Assembly (NCBI GenBank): GCA_963817525.1
Contig: CAWFOU010000007.1
Location: forward strand, 960,001 to 1,024,000
DNA length: 64,000 bases
Reading direction: 5' to 3'
Origin: an uncultured archaeon
GTDB taxonomy: Archaea > Thermoproteota > Nitrososphaeria > Nitrososphaerales > Gagatemarchaeaceae
Part shown: positions 57,632 through 64,000 of the stretch, piece by piece
Layout: every line of letters begins with the position of its first letter
How positions within the stretch are numbered: the first letter of the stretch is position 1
The notes under the pieces: model-generated
What the model was told of the DNA's origin: nothing
What the model saw: the letters and a program-made list of their open reading frames with translations, nothing else
Database searches by the model: none
Position numbers and translations under genes: made by a program

Positions 57632-59227
57632 ATGCAAGCACGCGGTCCCGAAGGGGCGGAAGCCCGCGAACCCCTCCTATACCTGGGGACGGACGGCTCG
57701 GCGCCCTTCGAGGTCAACGCCAACGTCATCGCCACGGGGAGGACGTGCGTCATAGGCGCGAGCGGGAGCGGCAAGAGCTACGCGGTGGGGGTGATCTGCG
57801 AGGAGCTGTGCAAGTGCCAGGTGCCCTTCGCCATCGTGGACACGGAGGGCGAGCACGCGGGCCTCAAGGAGAAGTACGAGCTCGTCCTCGTGGGGGACGA
57901 CCCGACGTGCGACCTCCAGTGGTCCTCCACGGACCTGGGGCAGCTCGCCAGCCAGGCGCCCGACATCGCTCCCCTCATCCTAGACGTCTCCGAGACCGAG
58001 GCGCCGAAGGAGAAGGTGGGGGAGCTGATGTCAAAGATCTACGCGGAGGTCGAGAAGCGACGGACGCCCTACCTCATCATAGTGGAGGAGGCCGACAGGT
58101 TCATCCCACAGAACGGCGAGAGGGTCGCCATCTTCGGAGAGATAGCCAGGCGGGGGAGGAAGCGCGGCCTGGGCCTGATGGTCTGCACCCAGAGGCCTTC
58201 CCTGGTCGACAAGAACATCCTGAGCCAGTGCGGGAACCAGCTCATCGGGAAGCTGGTCATCAAGAACGACCTTCAGGCCGTGGCGCAGTTCTTCTCCGGG
58301 CACGACCTCCCGAAGCACCTGACCGCGCTCGAGGCGGGGAGGTTCTTCGCCATGGGCGGCCTCTCCCCCACGCCCAAGCTGGTCGCCATCAGGAGGAAGG
58401 ACACGCAATACCGCGGGAACACGCCCAAGCTGGGGACCCGGGTCGTCAAGCCCTTCAGTCCGCTGCTCACGGCGGCGCTCAGCCGCAGCGTAAAGGCCGG
58501 CAAGGCGGAGAAGATGGCGCTGGTCGGCATCAACCCCACCTTCTCCGCGGAGGACGTCCCGACAATAGTCAAGCGCGACAAGAGCTTCATCTTCTTCGGG
58601 AAGGAGGAGGTGGTGGCGAGCGCCGAGCTCGTCCTCCGACCGATGGTCGAGGTCGGAGTCGCCTTGAAGGCTGGGGTGATCAAGAAGAGGATCGAGCTGA
58701 GGTATCTCATCCTCGACGGGCAGACGGGAAAGTCGGTCGAGTTAGGGGAGGTCCCGATCATGTACGAGGGGCTCGAGCGGCTGATGGGGCTCGACCCCGA
58801 GGAGATCGAGGTCCTCCGGACCACCAGGCTGGACAAGGACATGAGCCTGCTGGAGGTCGCGAACAAGGTCGGGGTCTCCAGGGAGATGCTGAGGAGGCCG
58901 CTGAAGGTGTTGGAGGAGAAGAGGCTGATAAGGTCCTTCCAGGTCTCAAAGTCAAAGGTCTTCCGCCGCATCTTCACCTTCCCCGAGTTCCCCTGGCACG
59001 AGTCCGAGCGGCCGCTGGAGGCCGTGGAGGGCCCCAAGGCCAAGGTGGAGGAGTACAAGCTGGACGAGAACAAGGTCCGCGAGGTCATCAAGGGGCTCGT
59101 CCCCTACTCCGACGTCCAGACCTTCAAGAGGTTCGTCTACCCACTCTACCGCGTTGAGCTCATCATGAAGAGGAGGAAGAGGATAGTCTGGCTCGACGGG
59201 ACGACGGGCAGGGAGGTCCACCAGTAG
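57632..59227 (+). CDS. HerA-like ATPase (DUF87) with C-terminal HTH
   Basis: GASGSGKS, VDTEGEH, IVEEADRF, RGRKRG, TQRPS; later HTH segment. Confidence 0.88.
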   Translation: MQARGPEGAEAREPLLYLGTDGSAPFEVNANVIATGRTCVIGASGSGKSYAVGVICEELCKCQVPFAIVDTEGEHAGLKEKYELVLVGDDPTCDLQWSSTDLGQLASQAPDIAPLILDVSETEAPKEKVGELMSKIYAEVEKRRTPYLIIVEEADRFIPQNGERVAIFGEIARRGRKRGLGLMVCTQRPSLVDKNILSQCGNQLIGKLVIKNDLQAVAQFFSGHDLPKHLTALEAGRFFAMGGLSPTPKLVAIRRKDTQYRGNTPKLGTRVVKPFSPLLTAALSRSVKAGKAEKMALVGINPTFSAEDVPTIVKRDKSFIFFGKEEVVASAELVLRPMVEVGVALKAGVIKKRIELRYLILDGQTGKSVELGEVPIMYEGLERLMGLDPEEIEVLRTTRLDKDMSLLEVANKVGVSREMLRRPLKVLEEKRLIRSFQVSKSKVFRRIFTFPEFPWHESERPLEAVEGPKAKVEEYKLDENKVREVIKGLVPYSDVQTFKRFVYPLYRVELIMKRRKRIVWLDGTTGREVHQ

Positions 59228-59317
59228 CCGGGCCGCGAGCGCGGCCCGCGCTCGTTCGAGTCATCCTAACGATAAGCATAAACCAACCAGCCGCCGCTCA
59301 TTCACTGGTAAGATGGT

Positions 59318-60925
59318 TTGGTAGACCAGCGCCAGGCCGACGGACGAAATTGGGAGCACCCGTACTTCGACAACTTCAACAGCGCCTTCAACCCGCAGAC
59401 CACGATCAACCGCGACAACGTGCGCAGCCTGCGGTTGAAGTGGACGTGCGAGCTCACGCCGGGGAGCTTTTCCAAGGCAGGAACCGGGTCCAAGTCCCCG
59501 AGCCCTAAGCGGCGCTCGAGAGTCCAGACGATACCTCTTGTCATCGACGGGAAGATCTTCGTGGCCGACGGGAACAACGTGGTGTACTCAATCGACGCAG
59601 GGACCGGCTCCCCAAGGTGGTCGTTCGCCGCCCCGCTGGATGGAGACATGGAGTTCGGCCTCCTCCACACCCTGAACTATCACAAGGGCCTCGTCTACCT
59701 CGTCTTGTCGAACTGCGTCCTCTACGGACTCGACGCGGACAGCGGCGCGGTCGGCTTTCAGATGGGCGGGATATTTCCAGACGGCGCGAAGGGCTACTCG
59801 GGGAGGACCGCTCCCAGCTTCTTCCACGACACCGGGATAACGGGGGCAGCGACGCCATACGAGGTCACGGCGAGGGGTTGCGTGGCGTCTTGTGACCTTT
59901 CGTCCAAGAAGGTGAGATGGAGGTGGTTCTCTGTGCCTCCTGCGGTCAAGGGGCCCAAGAACTGGGACAAGGACGCTTCCAAGGGAAACATCAAGGCCTA
60001 TCCCGGCGACTGGGGCAAGACCGAGTTCTCTGGGAGGGGGAGCGTCTGGACGCAACCCGTCGTCGACGAAGAGGCGGAGAGGGTCTACTTCGGAACGGGC
60101 GACCCTGACCTCTTCCTCCTCAAGGGATCCCTTGTGCCCGGGCCGCTCCTCTACACCGACTGCCTGGTCGCGCTCAACCCGAACACGGGGAAGATGCTCT
60201 GGTATTACCAGTCCACCCCCCACGACGTGGTTAGCTGGGACTTTGGCTGGAACACCATCCTCGCAGAGGCCGAGGTCGACGGGAAGAAGAGGAAGGTCGC
60301 CATCGGGGGCACCAAGGGCAACCACGTCTACGTGCTCGACGCGGAGACGGGCAAGCCCATCTACTCGCCCGTGAGGGTCGGGCACAACACAACGCCCCTC
60401 AACGTCAACCTGGGCAACGAGGCAGACATGCTTAGATCCCTCGAGCCCGGAGTCTACTGCCCGGGGCACGGCGGGGGGATCAACGCCGGCCTTGCCTTCG
60501 CGTACAACCACATCTACGTGTCATCCCAGAGGATGGAGCAGCGCGCCGAGTGGCATCAGGGGAAATACCGCGGCAAGCCGATGAAGATAATGAAGCTCAC
60601 CAACACCGACTCTCCGCAGCACTCCACGATATCGGCGATAGATGCGGGACGGGGGGAGGTCAGGTGGAGCTTCTTCATCCCGAACATCCACCAGAGCGCC
60701 GGCCTCGTGGTCAGTGGCGGTGTGCTGTACGCGGTGGACCGCAAGGGGGTCTTCTACATGCTGGACGCCTTGAACGGGGGGCTGATTCGCATGGAGCAGC
60801 TCGACGGCGCCGGGAGCGCGGGAGTCTCGATAGCGGCCTCGGAGGGAGGGGAGATGCGCGTGTTCGTCCCCCTCACGGGGGCCGAGGGGTCGCCCAACAA
60901 GCTCCTCTGTTTCGGGCTGTCTTAG
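59318..60925 (+). CDS. PQQ-binding beta-propeller dehydrogenase-like protein
   Basis: INRDNVRSL, VYFGTGDP, LWYYQSTPHD, YVLDAETG, CPG. Confidence 0.88.
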   Translation: MVDQRQADGRNWEHPYFDNFNSAFNPQTTINRDNVRSLRLKWTCELTPGSFSKAGTGSKSPSPKRRSRVQTIPLVIDGKIFVADGNNVVYSIDAGTGSPRWSFAAPLDGDMEFGLLHTLNYHKGLVYLVLSNCVLYGLDADSGAVGFQMGGIFPDGAKGYSGRTAPSFFHDTGITGAATPYEVTARGCVASCDLSSKKVRWRWFSVPPAVKGPKNWDKDASKGNIKAYPGDWGKTEFSGRGSVWTQPVVDEEAERVYFGTGDPDLFLLKGSLVPGPLLYTDCLVALNPNTGKMLWYYQSTPHDVVSWDFGWNTILAEAEVDGKKRKVAIGGTKGNHVYVLDAETGKPIYSPVRVGHNTTPLNVNLGNEADMLRSLEPGVYCPGHGGGINAGLAFAYNHIYVSSQRMEQRAEWHQGKYRGKPMKIMKLTNTDSPQHSTISAIDAGRGEVRWSFFIPNIHQSAGLVVSGGVLYAVDRKGVFYMLDALNGGLIRMEQLDGAGSAGVSIAASEGGEMRVFVPLTGAEGSPNKLLCFGLS

Positions 60926-60955
60926 CATGACCTGTCTCCGGACTCGGTCGTCCGA

Positions 60956-61909
60956 ATGAACCCGCCCAAGACGCCCCTGGTCTGGGCTGAGAGGATCAAG
61001 CCGATGCCCTTGGACCCGGGATCAGTCCCCACGCTCGCGAGCGACATCGGGATGTTCTCCAGGGCAGGGGTGGAGCTGAAGATCACCGAGTTCCTCGGGA
61101 GCCCAGACGCCACGGCCGCCTTCCGCGCAGGCAAGGCGCAGATTGTGCACCTGCAGCTCCCAGAGGCCGTAAGGCTCGCGGCCCAGGCCGACCCCCCAGC
61201 GAAGGTCTTCTGGGCGAGCAGGATGGGGAAGATGGCGGGGATGCTCGTGTCAACCTCCTCGATCTGGGGCGTCGACGAGCTCCGGGGGAAGAGGTTCGGC
61301 ATCGGGGCGGAGGGGGACTTTTGGGACCCGATAATCTCAAAGATGCTAAGCTCGAACGGGATAGAGCGGGGCGAGATAACCTGGGTCAAGGGCCTGGACC
61401 CTTCCGAGAGGGCGGACATGCTGCTCAACGGCAAGATCGACGCCACCTTCGTCACCATGCAGACCTACATCAGCAAGCTCGCCGGCAGGGGGGAGATCCG
61501 GCTCCTCCTCGACGACGAGGCGATGAGGGAGTTCGCGGTGAGGAGCGAGTTCCTGGTCGCGGTCGCTACCGACCGACTGATCGAAAAGTCGCCGGACACG
61601 CTCGCGACAGTCACAAAGACCCTGATGAGGGCCGCCCGACTCTTCGGCGAGGACTCGGAGTCGTGGGTCGAGGCGGCGTCGAAAAGGAGGCCGGACGTCC
61701 CCCGGGAGAGCATCAGGAGGCAGTGGCATTACTTCCAGAAGGACTGGCCGGCCAACGGAGACATAGACACCAAGCGCTTCAGGCTCATCGTCCAGAAGTT
61801 GAAGAGCGAGGGAGGGGTCGCGATTGGCGCAGAGATTCCGATAGACAAGTGGGTCACGACGGAGTTCGAGGAGGCCGCGCTGAAGGAACTGGGAGTCTAT
61901 CCCAACTAA
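60956..61909 (+). CDS. ABC substrate-binding protein (SsuA/THI5-like)
   Basis: GMFSRAGVEL, ELRGKRFGI, LLNGKIDA. Confidence 0.8.
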   Translation: MNPPKTPLVWAERIKPMPLDPGSVPTLASDIGMFSRAGVELKITEFLGSPDATAAFRAGKAQIVHLQLPEAVRLAAQADPPAKVFWASRMGKMAGMLVSTSSIWGVDELRGKRFGIGAEGDFWDPIISKMLSSNGIERGEITWVKGLDPSERADMLLNGKIDATFVTMQTYISKLAGRGEIRLLLDDEAMREFAVRSEFLVAVATDRLIEKSPDTLATVTKTLMRAARLFGEDSESWVEAASKRRPDVPRESIRRQWHYFQKDWPANGDIDTKRFRLIVQKLKSEGGVAIGAEIPIDKWVTTEFEEAALKELGVYPN

Positions 61910-62021
61910 CCGACAGACATTAGGAAAAAGACATGTCGGCGACCGAAGCGTGCCCGGGTTGTCCCGACAGAACGCTTAAAGCGACTGAGGCGGGTTTTCT
62001 CGTCGGTCCTCTAGCACGCAG

Positions 62022-63656
62022 GTGAATCTTTCCGAGGGGAAGAACTGGGCGCACCCCTTCTACGACGAGAACAACACTAGCTTCAACCCCCAGAATGCGA
62101 TCAACAGGGACAACGTCCAGGACCTGGAGGTGAAGTGGGTTCGCGAGCTTCGGCCCCCGAACCCTCCGGCGGCCAGGGAGAACCCCATGGACCTGCCGGC
62201 CGCGAGGATTGGGCTGGGAAGGCCCATCCAGACCATCCCGCTGGTGATGGACGGGACCGTGTTCCTGGCCGACAACAGCAACGCGGTCTACGCGGTGGAC
62301 GCCGCGAGCGGTCAGCTCAAGTGGTCGTTCCAGCCCTCGATGCCGAGGCTCGGCGCCCTCCCGATGATCCACACGCTCAACTCGAACGCGGGAACCCTCT
62401 TCGTGCTCTGCGCCCAGAGCGCCCTCTACGCCCTCAACACCGAGACCGGGAAGGTCGAGAGCGAGTGGGCCCAGTTCTTCCCGGAAACGAAGCCGAACGT
62501 GGTCAGGGACAAGGACTGGGGCGCCCCGTCGTTCTCGGCCCCCACCTTCTACGGCTCGAGCGCGATATTGGGCTCTTCGACGGAGGACCCTGACGAGGCG
62601 AGGGGTTTCGTCGCCTCCTACGACGTAAAGTCGAGGAAGATGCAATGGGTCTGGTACGTCACCCCGCCGGCGGTCGAGGGTCCCAAGAACTGGGACGCAG
62701 ACGCTTCCAAGGGGAACATCGCTGCTTATCCGAACGACTGGGGCGAGATCGACATCGCGGGAAGGGCTACGGTCTGGGGCCAGACCGTCGCAGACGAGGA
62801 GGACGGCAAGGTCTTCGTCGGGACAGGGAACCCTTGGCTCTTCCACATAGAAGGGTCTCTGAGGCCGGGGCCCCTGCTCTACTCGGACTGCATGGTCTGC
62901 CTCGACGCGGAGACCGGGAAGATGGTCTGGTATTACCAGTCCACCCCCCACGACCATCTGGGGTGGGACTTTGGGATGAGCGTCATCCTCGCCCAGCTGA
63001 CGGTCGGTGGGCAGAAGCGCAAGGTCCTGATCGGCTCGTCCAAGAACAGCCATGTCTACGTGACCGACGCCGCGACGGGGAAGCTCGTCTTCGAACCCAT
63101 AAGGGTCGGCTACGTCGGGGCGCCCCTGAACGCCAACAAGGGAAACGAGGCGGACATGGTGGGCTCCCTCGAGCCGGGGGTCTACGCTCCCGCGCACAAC
63201 GGCGGCATCAACGCGGCCTCGGCTTTCGCGTACAACAAGATCTTCGTCGCCACCCAGAGGTTCGAGCAGCGCCTAGAGTACGTCGCCGGCGTCCACAAGG
63301 GGAAGCCCATCAGGCGGGCAACCCTCGTGGACATGCCAAGCCCAAGATATTCGACCATCTCGGCGATCGAGGGGTCGAGGGGGGAGATCGCCTGGAGCTA
63401 CTTCATCCCCAACGGGTACCAGGGCGCGGGCCTCACGGTAAGCGGCAACGTCGTGTTCGGCGTCGACCGCACCGCCATCCTCTACATGCTCGACGCCTCG
63501 AACGGGGCGCTCCTGCGGAAAGAGCAACTGGGAGGCCACGGGTCGGCTGGTGCCTCGATAGCCGCGACTCAAGAGGGGGAGATGAGGCTCTTCGTGCCCA
63601 TAAGCGGGGCAGGGGGGTCGGAGAACAAGCTGGTGTGCTTCGGGCCCCGGGCCTAG
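62022..63656 (+). CDS. PQQ-binding beta-propeller dehydrogenase-like protein (paralog)
   Basis: Close paralog of 59318-60925. Confidence 0.88.
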   Translation: MNLSEGKNWAHPFYDENNTSFNPQNAINRDNVQDLEVKWVRELRPPNPPAARENPMDLPAARIGLGRPIQTIPLVMDGTVFLADNSNAVYAVDAASGQLKWSFQPSMPRLGALPMIHTLNSNAGTLFVLCAQSALYALNTETGKVESEWAQFFPETKPNVVRDKDWGAPSFSAPTFYGSSAILGSSTEDPDEARGFVASYDVKSRKMQWVWYVTPPAVEGPKNWDADASKGNIAAYPNDWGEIDIAGRATVWGQTVADEEDGKVFVGTGNPWLFHIEGSLRPGPLLYSDCMVCLDAETGKMVWYYQSTPHDHLGWDFGMSVILAQLTVGGQKRKVLIGSSKNSHVYVTDAATGKLVFEPIRVGYVGAPLNANKGNEADMVGSLEPGVYAPAHNGGINAASAFAYNKIFVATQRFEQRLEYVAGVHKGKPIRRATLVDMPSPRYSTISAIEGSRGEIAWSYFIPNGYQGAGLTVSGNVVFGVDRTAILYMLDASNGALLRKEQLGGHGSAGASIAATQEGEMRLFVPISGAGGSENKLVCFGPRA

Positions 63657-63747
63657 CGCCTGAGGCCTGGCCCAATCGGGGCGACTTCTCTAGTTCGAAT
63701 TATGCTTACCGCAAGTATATTTACTACGCGCTGTCGAAAAAACGACA

Positions 63748-64000
63748 ATGAACCTGCGCAGAGGGATTTCGCGTTCGACCTATGCCGTCATCGGAGTTAT
63801 TCTGATCTTGATAGTTGTGGGAGGAGGATATGCTCTCCTCGCCCCGAAGAGTTCTTCTTCGACGACCTCCTCCAGCTCCTCGTCCGCATCCACCTCTTCC
63901 TCCACCACCCCCATCGTTCAGGGCAACCTGATCCTTGGGACGTTCGGCCTCGGAGACAAGGCCAATGTGGCGAACGCAGGCCAATCGGCCGAATGGCTGG
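63748..64000 (+). CDS. Membrane-anchored protein, partial (runs off the window)
   Basis: MNLRRGISRSTYAVIGVILILIVVGGGYALL plus Ser-rich linker; open to the window end. Confidence 0.7.
   Translation, partial: MNLRRGISRSTYAVIGVILILIVVGGGYALLAPKSSSSTTSSSSSSASTSSSTTPIVQGNLILGTFGLGDKANVANAGQSAEWL

Noticed and set aside
57745-59157. Long alternative-frame and antisense ORFs (also 56549-57544, 61920-63197, 62645-63751, 8915-9700)
   Set aside because: Shadow ORFs of high-GC3 genes with Arg/Gly/Pro-rich composition

Overview
Archaeal chromosome window, most likely a high-GC Nitrososphaerota/Thaumarchaeota. This call rests on a thaumarchaeal-type CdvB/ESCRT-III, archaeal S10, multi-intron BHB tRNAs, TATA-led leaderless genes and PQQ-dehydrogenase paralogs. 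Ordinary metabolic genes sit at both ends. The middle (~15.9-52.6 kb) is an accretion zone anchored on two intron-split tRNA genes, tRNA-Ala(GGC) at 41109-41219(-) and tRNA-Gly(GCC) at 46743-46858(+). The tRNA-Ala 3' end recurs at 28457, 24140 and (decayed) 16087. These copies define a 12.7-kb element with an intact tyrosine integrase, a 4.3-kb element with a truncated paralog, and an integrase remnant missed by the ORF track. Each element's reconstituted attP has its own inverted-repeat arms around the same core. Other tRNA-3'-end scars (Lys/Arg-like, Leu-like, Gly) bound small gene cassettes. The 12.7-kb element carries a cargo-bearing IS6 transposon (27-bp perfect TIRs; C39 peptidase operon). 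It also carries a ~3-kb largely non-coding zone with three families of phased repeats, including 21-bp palindromes with compensatory changes at 35-bp spacing, but no recognisable replication or transfer gene. Other observations are a twice-occurring thermopsin-like + Cys-rich gene pair, an archaeosortase next to a PVF-tailed substrate, an HrpA-like helicase beside a HerA-like ATPase, and several microproteins below the ORF cutoff. All family calls come from motif recognition by eye; no database searches were run.
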